Below the pieces are notes generated by a model, which was not told the origin of the DNA, did no database searches, and worked only from the letters and a program-made list of their open reading frames with translations. 64,000 bases of DNA, taken from sequence record SRR20825006_932. One strand, given 5' to 3'. Shown here one piece after another: positions 48,511 to 58,100 of this stretch (the stretch's first letter is position 1; each line of letters opens with the position of its first letter). The position numbers were made by a program, and so were the translations under genes.

Positions 48511-49966
48511 ATTCTAGGGCCGAAAGCATCGGTATAAATTTAAGATTAGTTTCTTCCCATTCAATTTCTGGGTCTGAGGCTTCAACGATACCACATCCAG
48601 CAAAGAAACGCACTTCTTCATTTTTAATAAGTCCGCTTCTAATTGCTACTGCAAACTCGCCTTCGCCATTAGCATTTATCCAACCTATAGGTCCTGCGTA
48701 CCAGCCTCGGTCAAAATCTTCAAAATTACTGATATATGGAACAGCTTTTTCTTTAGGAAAACCACCAACGGCAGGAGTGGGATGAAGTGTTTTAAGGACT
48801 TCAGTTTTAGAAACACCAGCTTTTATGCGTGCACGTATTGGAGTGTGGAGGTGTTGAACGTTTGAAAGCTTTTTAATGCCAGGTTTTGATTGGAATTCGA
48901 TAGAGTCAGAGAATGCAGCGAGGTTTTCATGTATCGCATCTAAAACGATATTGTGCTCTGCTAGGTTTTTATCGCTCCTAAGTAAGTTAAATTCAAATTT
49001 TGCGTCTTCAGAAGCAGATTTTCCACGAGGTGTGCTTCCAGCTAGTCCTTCAGTAAATAAGAAATTTCCTTTGAAGGAAGCCAGACGTTCAGGAGAGCAA
49101 CCAATAAAACTTGATTGCTCATTTTGGCGAATCAAAAAGGAGTAGCAATCAGGGTATTGATGACGCAAACGATTTAAAATGTGGGTGTCGGAAACGGGCT
49201 TATCAAGCTTTATTGGGAGTTCTCTAGCAATCACAATTTTGCTAAAAGCTTTTTCAGAAATTTTAGCTTTAGCTTTAATTATAGAATTAATCCACCTCTT
49301 ATGCTCAGATGAGTTCTGAGTAGGTACATTTAGTACGTTATGTTGGTCTAGCTCAGGCCCAATTGAGTAGGAACTTGCTTGGCATATTCCATTAAGATTC
49401 TCAAGCTTGTCATAAAGTCGATCGATTATTAATTGAGCTGTATCTTCCTTAGAGAGTTCAAAGCTTATTGTAAGAATATTGAATTTCCCATCTCTAATAA
49501 TAAGCCATTCGGGCAAAGTAAAGGAACCTGCACCAAAGTCTTTCCAGTGTTTACTGATATTATGATTGAAGAATGAAAAACCACCTAGTAGGTGGACTAC
49601 AGCCAGAGAATGATTTAATGTTGTGAAGTGATGAACTTTTTTTAATATAGATTTTCCATTAACAGAGGCATCTTTAAAGCGAGTGTCTCCTGTAGATTGT
49701 ACACGAGTTAATTCTCCAGCAGCTGCAATGGCAAAGTCGTCAATAGGCTTCTCCCAATAGAACTCGAAGCCTTTTTTTAGAGAGTGTTGCTCGAGAACAG
49801 CAAGTGCATCAACTTTTGGGACGCTTAGGGATATAGAAAAGAATTTCTTATTACCAAGAGCACATTGCTCGGAAGCTTCCTTAGCGGTATTTAACAGTAT
49901 AGAATGCTCTACCTGACTCTGAAGACAGGTGGCTAAAACTGTATCTGAAAAGCTACTATCAGCCAT
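48497..49966 (-). CDS. menF: Isochorismate synthase
   Basis: KIVIAR, SPERL, LAGS, LHPTPAVGG, RGWYAG, AIRS, AGCGIV. Confidence 0.92.
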   Translation of the reverse strand: MADSSFSDTVLATCLQSQVEHSILLNTAKEASEQCALGNKKFFSISLSVPKVDALAVLEQHSLKKGFEFYWEKPIDDFAIAAAGELTRVQSTGDTRFKDASVNGKSILKKVHHFTTLNHSLAVVHLLGGFSFFNHNISKHWKDFGAGSFTLPEWLIIRDGKFNILTISFELSKEDTAQLIIDRLYDKLENLNGICQASSYSIGPELDQHNVLNVPTQNSSEHKRWINSIIKAKAKISEKAFSKIVIARELPIKLDKPVSDTHILNRLRHQYPDCYSFLIRQNEQSSFIGCSPERLASFKGNFLFTEGLAGSTPRGKSASEDAKFEFNLLRSDKNLAEHNIVLDAIHENLAAFSDSIEFQSKPGIKKLSNVQHLHTPIRARIKAGVSKTEVLKTLHPTPAVGGFPKEKAVPYISNFEDFDRGWYAGPIGWINANGEGEFAVAIRSGLIKNEEVRFFAGCGIVEASDPEIEWEETNLKFIPMLSALEYAGK

Positions 49967-50063
49967 GAAATGTGGTATTCTTTACTTTCAATTAAAAATG
50001 AAAATAAAGAATATGTTAGCCAATATCATCTCATAATTAGGATAAATATAAAGACAGAAAAAA

Positions 50064-50339
50064 TTACTTTGCGTCGTCTTGTTCGCCAGATACAAATGGG
50101 TTTTTAATCCCATATTCATTTAAGTCGTATTCTGCTAACTCGAAAAAGTGAGCCCAAGCAGCCTCGCTTTTTCCGTCTTTATCTACCCAAGTTGGATGGC
50201 TTTGTTTTATAAGACCTACTACTCGATTTGCGTACTTAATCCGTTCTTGTTCGTCCTCAACACGAGGCAGAGCTGCAATCATTAGGTCTAGATTGTAACC
50301 ACAATCAAAATCTTTGGGTTTTTCTTGATGTATAAACAT
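50064..50339 (-). CDS. Small conserved protein resembling the N-terminal part of DUF4290
   Basis: Pattern G.N...M......ED.ER...A.......P.......W.H.F..NPF. Confidence 0.6.
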   Translation of the reverse strand: MFIHQEKPKDFDCGYNLDLMIAALPRVEDEQERIKYANRVVGLIKQSHPTWVDKDGKSEAAWAHFFELAEYDLNEYGIKNPFVSGEQDDAK

Positions 50340-50502
50340 AGTTGAATAAATTTCTTTCCTTAAAAGTAAGCTTTCTTGTGGCTAAGCAAAACCTATAATT
50401 TTTGAGTAAAACCAATCTATTGACATGAATCTCTTTTTGTCATCGAATTATTTCTTAGCTTTAAAGCTTAGAAATGAAGGAAAATAACAACAAAGAAATT
50501 AT

Positions 50503-51501
50503 ATGTACTTTAACTCCATTCTTGATACAGTTGGAAACACACCACTCGTTAAGCTAAATAAAGTAACTGAGGGGCTTACAGGGACCATTTTAGTGAAAGT
50601 GGAATATTTTAATCCTGGCCAAAGCATTAAAGATCGAATCGCAATCAAGATGATTGATGATGCTGAGAAAGAAGGTTTGCTCAAGCCTGGTGGAACAATC
50701 ATAGAAGGAACTTCTGGTAATACAGGAATGGGGCTGGCCTTAGTTGCGGTGAGCAGAGGTTATAAATGTATATTTACAACAACAGATAAACAAAGCCAGT
50801 CTAAAGTGGATTTACTAAAGGCTGTTGGAGCAGAGGTTATTGTATGTCCAACCAATGTTGAGCCTGAAGATGAAAGAAGTTATTACTCCGTTGCTAAACG
50901 ATTGAGCAAGGAAATACCAAACTCATTTTATCCAAATCAATATGACAATCAAGGTAATACCCAGGCTCATTATGAGAGTACTGGACCAGAAATTTGGGAG
51001 CAAACAGAGGGGAAAATTACTCAGTTTGTAGCAGGTATGGGAACAGGTGGGACTATAACTGGAACTTCTAAATTTTTAAAAGAACAGAATTCCGAAATTA
51101 AAGTAATTGGCATTGATAGCTTTGGTTCAGTCTATAAAAAATACTTTGAGACTGGAGAATTCGATAAGAATGAAATTAAACCCTACTTAACTGAAGGGAT
51201 TGGTGAGGATATTATTCCTGGTGCAATTAATTTCGATTATGTTGACGGCGTACTTCAAGTAACGGATAAAGATTCGGCAGTAATGACAAGAAGATTGGCA
51301 CGAGAGGAAGGTTTGTTAGTGGGATGGTCTTGCGGAGCTGCTGTTGCTGGAGCTATTGATTACGTAAAGAGGAATCCTCTTAAAGCCGAGGATGTAATGG
51401 TTATAATTTTACCAGATAGTGGAACAAGATATATTGGTAAAGTTTATAACGACGATTGGATGAAGGAACAAGGATTTTTAGAAACACAAGAGGAAAAATA
51501 A
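50503..51501 (+). CDS. PLP-dependent cysteine synthase / cystathionine beta-synthase (no CBS domains)
   Basis: GNTPLV, NPGQSIKDR, TSGNTG, GTGGT, EGIG, PDSG.RY. Confidence 0.9.
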   Translation: MYFNSILDTVGNTPLVKLNKVTEGLTGTILVKVEYFNPGQSIKDRIAIKMIDDAEKEGLLKPGGTIIEGTSGNTGMGLALVAVSRGYKCIFTTTDKQSQSKVDLLKAVGAEVIVCPTNVEPEDERSYYSVAKRLSKEIPNSFYPNQYDNQGNTQAHYESTGPEIWEQTEGKITQFVAGMGTGGTITGTSKFLKEQNSEIKVIGIDSFGSVYKKYFETGEFDKNEIKPYLTEGIGEDIIPGAINFDYVDGVLQVTDKDSAVMTRRLAREEGLLVGWSCGAAVAGAIDYVKRNPLKAEDVMVIILPDSGTRYIGKVYNDDWMKEQGFLETQEEK

Positions 51502-51818
51502 TGGCTGACCAAAATCAAACTATGAATCCAGGGCAAATGGAAATTGAGCTAAAGGAAGAAGAGGCTACAGGAACTTATTCCAATTTAGTAATGATTACTC
51601 ATTCTCCATCTGAGTTTATTTTAGACTTTATAGCAGTAATGCCCGGTGTTCCAAAAGCGAAAGTAGTTAAAAGAATGGTGTTAACACCCGATCATGCTAA
51701 AAGATTGGCACATGCACTTGCTGATAATGTGAAAAAATTTGAAGACGAGCACGGGACAATCAGCACAAGAGATAAGGTTGATATTCCAATGTATCGTGGG
51801 CCTCTTCCAGAAGCATAA
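51501..51818 (+). CDS. DUF3467 family protein
   Basis: YSNL..ITHSPSEFILDF, TPDHAKRL; start trimmed to MADQN, TAATG coupling with the upstream gene. Confidence 0.88.
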   Translation: MADQNQTMNPGQMEIELKEEEATGTYSNLVMITHSPSEFILDFIAVMPGVPKAKVVKRMVLTPDHAKRLAHALADNVKKFEDEHGTISTRDKVDIPMYRGPLPEA

Positions 51819-51820
51819 AT

Positions 51821-51854
51821 AAAAAATGCGGTAACTTTTAGAAGTACCGCATTT
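51821..51854. terminator. Bidirectional terminator
   Basis: AAATGCGGTA ... TACCGCATTT, 10-bp stem with an upstream A run. Confidence 0.75.
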
Positions 51855-51883
51855 CAATTTCTGGATTTTAAAAGCTAACTATT

Positions 51884-52327
51884 TTAAAAAGTGTGAGACC
51901 AAACAAGTGAGTCTGAACTGATTGTAACAGCAAAGTAATCAGTGTCTGAGACGAGTGAGTTAATATCAACTACATCTGAAATCTCTATAATAGGCTCTCC
52001 ATATATACCAAGAGAAGTATTTGACGAACTATAGATGTGATATATTCCATTTGCATTTCTTGCATTTAGCCCGTCGGGGGAAATTTCATCTGCAGGGAAC
52101 GCTATGGTATTGAAAGTAAATCCATCGAAACTATTTCCGCCGCCGCCTAACATTGTTGGCTTCGCATAATAAGCGTGTGCGTTAGTAGCTAGAGTTGCTA
52201 AATCAGTTCTTACGGCATCTTTATTAGATGCTGACATAGCACTGCTGAAAATATTAATTGCTATAACCGTTGCAATACCCACTAAAATTGTAACTAGAAT
52301 AACTAGTAAAAGTTGTTGTTGTCCCAT
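51884..52327 (-). CDS. Pilin-like protein with MGQQQLLL N-terminus
   Basis: MG-QQQ, then a hydrophobic helix, an amphipathic helix (NKDAVRTDL...A.AYY.KP..LGGG) and a small beta domain. Confidence 0.7.
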   Translation of the reverse strand: MGQQQLLLVILVTILVGIATVIAINIFSSAMSASNKDAVRTDLATLATNAHAYYAKPTMLGGGGNSFDGFTFNTIAFPADEISPDGLNARNANGIYHIYSSSNTSLGIYGEPIIEISDVVDINSLVSDTDYFAVTISSDSLVWSHTF

Positions 52328-52444
52328 TGTCTAAAAGTAAATTATCAGATTATTTTTGGGCTAATTGTAACCTTTTAATTTTGATTGAAATATTAATCTT
52401 TTTTAAAGAAACTTAAGATTTAGTTAATACACATAATTAGGAGG

Positions 52445-53527
52445 TTATTTTTTAGCTTTTAATAGTAAAATAACTCCAACAATTAGAAAGAATATGTGAG
52501 GAATGCTAACTGCGGTGAGCGGACTTATATTACCATAATAGCCAAATGGCTCGGCGATTTTCATAAAAGCTAGATATAAAAAGCTAATAGTAAGGCCTGC
52601 TGCAATATAAATACCTTTCCCACCTCTACGCCGAACTGAAGCTACAGCAAATCCAACAATCATTACTATGATTATAGAAATGGGATATACTACGCGTCCC
52701 AGATATTGAACCTTTGGAACATTTACGGAGCCTGCGCCGCTACGTTCAATGGATTGAATGTATTCTTGAGCTTCCTTGTAGGTAAGCTGATAAATATCTG
52801 AGGTGGTACGCGACAAATCACGAGGAAATACACTTAAGGTTGTATCTTTATCATCATATTTTGCTTCAGTATAACCTGTTTTATAGAATACTCTCTCGGT
52901 TACAGACTCTAATTTCCACTTCTGCGATTCTTCTACCCAGTGCATTTGATTGGCTATCAATGTTCGTTGTATGCCGTCTTCATTATATTCCACAATTCGG
53001 ATTCTATAGCCAATATGTTTGTCCTTATCGAAGTAATTGATTTTTATTACAGAGTTTTCAGAAAGTTCGCGGTATATATTATTACGATCTATAGTTTCAG
53101 ACTTTCTTTTGATGAATTTTTGTTCGAATTCGATACGCTCTTTATTGGATATAGGAATGGTATTAGCATCTAAGTAACTGACTATAAGCGCTGTGAAAAT
53201 GGCGAAAGCAATAAAGGGAACAGATAGCCTATACAAACTTATTCCAGCGGCTTTTAAAGCGGTGATTTCTAAGCGTTCAGAAAGCTGGCCAACTAGAAAT
53301 AAGCAGGCTGTGAAAACAGCAACGGGTATAACTAAACGAATCATTTCTGGGATGTAGTTCAGGTAATAATCTCCCCATATTTCAGAAATGGAGGCTCCTT
53401 GGTCACTGAAATCATCACTATTTTCGGAGAAATCAATCATTATAAAAATGAAGATTAATACCACTAAAACGAACGAAGTTATAGTGAATAAGCGGAGGAA
53501 GATATATCGATCAAATACTTTAGGCAC
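52445..53527 (-). CDS. lptG: LPS export permease LptG (LptF/G family)
   Basis: DRYI, EITALKAAGISL, TM3-periplasmic-TM3 topology; GTG start. Confidence 0.85.
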   Translation of the reverse strand: MPKVFDRYIFLRLFTITSFVLVVLIFIFIMIDFSENSDDFSDQGASISEIWGDYYLNYIPEMIRLVIPVAVFTACLFLVGQLSERLEITALKAAGISLYRLSVPFIAFAIFTALIVSYLDANTIPISNKERIEFEQKFIKRKSETIDRNNIYRELSENSVIKINYFDKDKHIGYRIRIVEYNEDGIQRTLIANQMHWVEESQKWKLESVTERVFYKTGYTEAKYDDKDTTLSVFPRDLSRTTSDIYQLTYKEAQEYIQSIERSGAGSVNVPKVQYLGRVVYPISIIIVMIVGFAVASVRRRGGKGIYIAAGLTISFLYLAFMKIAEPFGYYGNISPLTAVSIPHIFFLIVGVILLLKAKK

Positions 53528-54953
53528 GGCGTTTGAATAGTCGAGTTATCTGAAATTCTGAAGTGAGCTGAAGAAGCATGACTATGCCAACTATACCCAT
53601 AATAATATTAAACGTCCACATGCCAATTATGGGAGATATAAAAAGGCGATCGGCCATTTTCTCACCTTGAATTAGTGATATCCAATAGATCGTAAGAATA
53701 ACGGCGCTAATTATAGCAGCAACACCAAAATTACCTTTTTTTGTTAGAATTCCGATAGGAGCACCTAGTAAAACGAAGATTACACAAGCAAATGGGATTG
53801 AGAATTTTTTATAGATTTCAACCAAATATTTGTTAATACTTTTTAGACGCCAAATAATATTTGCGTTACTGCTTTGAAAAGTGGCTTTGTAATTTTTTAA
53901 ATCGGTAACGGCTCGCTTCAAAACTTCGCGCTGTTCATCTATTGTATTAAGTGTATTAACTACTACTAAATCAGTTAGGAGTGGGGAAATTTTAATTGAA
54001 TCGGTTTCAGAAACGGAAATAATACTGTACTTAAATCTCTTTAGAAGTTCAGGGTCTTTTGAAACTGGAAGAGTATAATTAGATTCTGAGCTGGTAAGGA
54101 ATTGTTTAGTAACATCTTTTTGTAAAGAATCTACAATCACTCTCATAGATTGGATGTTCATAGTTCTGTCACTTCTGTTTCGTCTGTTTGGATCGGAGCG
54201 TTCGAACGATAAGTTTCCAATATCAAAGGTAATTCGGTGTTTCTTGAATTTAGTCCTTTCAATATTACTCTTGGCGCTAGAGCTTGCGGGCATAGTTTCT
54301 TGCATGGTACCTGCATAGAGAATAAGTGTAAGCTCAGTTTCATTTTCAGCGAGAAGCATTCCCTTTTCAGCCGTTATATACGCTCGGTCTCTATCGTCCG
54401 AAGGTTCCTGAAATAATAAAACTCCATATAAACTATCCGTTTGTCCGTCAATATGATCTACTAGGAATGTGTAGCCTTCTATTCCATCATAAAATGAGTT
54501 AGGTTTCAAGTCAAAGCCAGGCTTCTTGAGCCTAATATCTATGAAAAGAGATCGAGCTTTATGGTTAGCTTCGGGTAAAACACTATTCGAAAACCACGAA
54601 AGACCAATAAATAATAGAAAAGCGGAAAATAGAATAGGAATTATTAGGCGGATTGGGTTAACTCCAGAAGCTCGAATTGCAGTGAGCTCATTAAGTTCAG
54701 AGAATTTTCCGAACGCCATTAACGTTGAAATGAGAACAGCCATTGGAGCTGCTAACACAACCATATAAGCTAAGTTGGTCAAAACAAGCTCTATAATCAC
54801 TAAAATAGGAATATCTTTGCCAATGAGTTTATCAATATGAAGTATCAAAAACTGAAGCAACAACAAGAACATCATTGTGAAAAAACAGAATAAAAAAGGC
54901 CCTATGTGCCTTTTTAATAAATCTATCTGCAATTTGTTAAATAATTTACGCAA
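53520..54953 (-). CDS. lptF: LPS export permease LptF (LptF/G family)
   Basis: ELTAIRASG, KKFSIPFAC, GAPIG; TTG start. Confidence 0.85.
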   Translation of the reverse strand: MRKLFNKLQIDLLKRHIGPFLFCFFTMMFLLLLQFLILHIDKLIGKDIPILVIIELVLTNLAYMVVLAAPMAVLISTLMAFGKFSELNELTAIRASGVNPIRLIIPILFSAFLLFIGLSWFSNSVLPEANHKARSLFIDIRLKKPGFDLKPNSFYDGIEGYTFLVDHIDGQTDSLYGVLLFQEPSDDRDRAYITAEKGMLLAENETELTLILYAGTMQETMPASSSAKSNIERTKFKKHRITFDIGNLSFERSDPNRRNRSDRTMNIQSMRVIVDSLQKDVTKQFLTSSESNYTLPVSKDPELLKRFKYSIISVSETDSIKISPLLTDLVVVNTLNTIDEQREVLKRAVTDLKNYKATFQSSNANIIWRLKSINKYLVEIYKKFSIPFACVIFVLLGAPIGILTKKGNFGVAAIISAVILTIYWISLIQGEKMADRLFISPIIGMWTFNIIMGIVGIVMLLQLTSEFQITRLFKRRA

Positions 54954-55169
54954 GATGGATAATTGTCTTTAATAACTTTTTGTTAACCGGATGGTAAATA
55001 ATATGCATTTATTATTCTAAAAATAACGCTTTGTTCTACTATAAAAACTTTCAAGAAACTTAAATATATGCTATTATCTTGACCACTTTTGAATCGAAAC
55101 CGTCTTAACCCAAAGCCTATTACCGGAACGCTACAGAATTTAACTAAATAATCGAGTTGTATTAGGCTG

Positions 55170-58100
55170 TTGTACTTGATCACTAAGCTTTTTAAATCAT
55201 TTTTGTGCGTTCTTATTCTTCTGTTTATAGCGCCTAAGATTTCCTATGCCCAAGAATCTCCAGCCGTTGATTCAGTGGCTGTTATTCCTGATAGTGCGTT
55301 AGTGGGTGTTAAATTTTTCTTTCCTAGCCCTAAAAGTCACTTTGCTCAGATAAGAGCTAAGAATGCAGGCCACATGTACCAACTGTTAGCTGCTGACGAT
55401 AAAGTAACTGTAACTTGGGATACTGTTTCTGTATTCACTATTCGCAGAACTATTTCTGGCGAGGAGGTATTTCTACCAAGCGTTGTTGATGCTGAAACTT
55501 ATGCTGAGCTACAGAAAGAAGTGCAGAATAGAGCGTTAAGACTTCAACTTGTGGAAGAAGGAAGAAAGCTGGAAACCCAGGGTCGAGGTCTGTTAGACTT
55601 TAAGATAAAAGTTCCTGGTGGTGAAAATTCCGCATTTACCACTATTTTTGGAAAACCTGAAGTTAACCTACGTGTTAATGGATCTGCGAATATGAATATT
55701 GGAGCATCTATTCAAAAAGTAGAAAGCCCAAATATTCCCGAAGATCAGCAACAGACAATCGATCCGACCTTCAATCAAAATCTTCAATTAAACATTGAAG
55801 GTACCATTGGCGACAAGCTTACCATTGCAACCGATTGGGATACAGAGCGCCAATTTGACTTCCAAAATAGGCTTAAAATTGAGTATAAGGGGTATGAAGA
55901 CGAGATTATAAAGCAAATCGAAATGGGTAACGTTTCTATGGAAACAGGTAACTCTTTGATTAGCGGTGGGGGATCCTTGTTTGGAATAAAATCCATTGCT
56001 GAAGTTGGACCTCTAAAGTTTACTTCTGTTATATCACAACAGAAAGGGGAAAGCAATACCCAAACCATTACAGGTGGTTCTCAAGAAATCCCTTTTAGCC
56101 TTAGGCCATCTGAATACGACGACGATAGGCACTTTTTCTTAGATTTTTATAACCGCCAACTATTCGAAGAGAGTGTATCCAATCCACAACAACTAAAAAT
56201 TGCTTACCAAGTTTCTGAGCTAAATGTGTGGATTCAAGACGCTTCGGCTTCAGGAACAGATGCTGATGCCGTGAAAGCTTACACCTTTGTGGATTTAGGT
56301 GTTGATGATAACGGTGATGGCACGTTCGGGCTTCCTGGAAATGCAAGAGATGGCATAGATGATGAACTATTGGATTCGTTAAGATCGGTTCCTTCTATAA
56401 ATCCTGATGAATTTAACTTACCGGGTGAGCTGATTCAAGAAGGTTATTATAAATTACTTCAACGTGGAATAGATTACGATTTTAACGAAGCCTTAGGCAT
56501 TATAAGTTTGAAGCGGAGAGTAGGAAGTAATGCCACTTTAGCAATCTCTTTTATTTATAAAGACCCCACTACTCAGCAGGATATTGAAGTTGGAGATGTT
56601 ATTGCGAAATCGAGTGGTTATAGCTATTTCAAGTTATTACGACCAAAGAATTTGGACAGTGGAAATAAAGCGTGGCCTCTAACATTGCGTAATATTTACT
56701 CACTAGGAGTTAACAATGTAACTCAAGATGGGCTTACATTAGATTTACAAGTTACGAGAAGTAATATTGGAAGCGATAGAATCTCGGGTAGATCAACACC
56801 ACTTTTACAAGATCTTGGTTTAGATAGAATTAACACTCAAGGTGCTTTAACTCCTGATAACTTAATTGATTTCGGAGCTATTACTTTTGATCCTAGCAAT
56901 GGTAGAATCATGTTTCCGTATTTAGAGCCATTTGGTTCTCGTATGGAGGAGTTAGTTGCCGATCTCCCAGACGACCAGTCAAGTTTGGTGTTTAATGAGT
57001 TGTATGTAGAAAAGCAGAGTGTAGCAGCCAATGTAGAAAGTGATAGATTTTTTAACATAAGTGGGACCTCGAAAGGAGGCTTATCAAGTACTTTTTTACT
57101 TGGTGCCTTTAGTGGTATTGTTGAAGGATCTGTGCATGTGTATGCAAATGGTGTAGAATTAACGCAAGGCACTGATTACGAAGTTGATTTTTCTTTTGGT
57201 AGTGTAACCATATTGAACGATCGTTACTTAGCTGCTGGGCAGGATATTCGGATCGATTACGAAAGCAACCAGTTTAGTGTAATTGGCCAAAAGAATTTTA
57301 CAGGTCTTCGTGCAGAATACGAGGTTAACAAAGACATCAAATTTGGAAGTACCTTTTTTAAACTCAAAGAACAGCCAAATAGTGATAAAATTAGGATAGG
57401 TAATGAGCCTATCAATAATACTGTTCTTGGTCTTGATGCTTCGGCAAGGTTCGAAACCCCATGGATTACTCGTTTTATAGATAGAATCCCTTTACTTCAA
57501 ACTAAAGAAGCCTCAAATTTAAGTTTAAGTGGTGAGTTTGCTCAGTTAAGACCTGGAGTTTCTCAGACCAATGCTATTCGAGATGCGATAGACAGAAATG
57601 AATTATATAGTGATGAAGAGAGTGGGCTTGTTTTTATAGATGATTTTGAAGGAGCTGAGTATAGCATACCATTTAATAATCCAACACGATGGAATTTGCC
57701 ATCTGCGCCTGCTGCAGTTCCCGGTTATGCACCAGATGAGGTTGTTTTTCAATCGGGTAGTTCTGCTTCACCAGCATCCGATTTGTCTTCTCGAATAGAC
57801 CGTTCCGACTTAAGAGCTCAATTCTCTGTGTACGATATTCCTAGGAATGTTGGCAATATCTTAGGAAGTGTAGAAGGTACACCCGAGTCTAGAACGGTGC
57901 TTATTAAAGAAGTTTTTCAAGGTAGAGAGACTAATAATCCGCAAGATGAAGTTATTAATACGCTGGATGTTTATTATAACCCTACAGAAAGAGGTCCATA
58001 TAATTATAATCTCGATTTAAAAGATGTGCTAGAGAATAGCCCCGAGAAAATGTGGGGTGGAATGACAGCGGTTTTACCATCAGGGCAAGAAGATTTAGCT

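Noticed and set aside
51456-51500. Longer DUF3467 start overlapping the cysteine synthase gene
   Set aside because: The TAATG coupling at 51499-51503 and the upstream AGAGG favour 51501.
54983-55183. 66-aa ORF in the lptF/sprA intergenic region
   Set aside because: No motif; it overlaps the sprA start and spans the divergent promoters.
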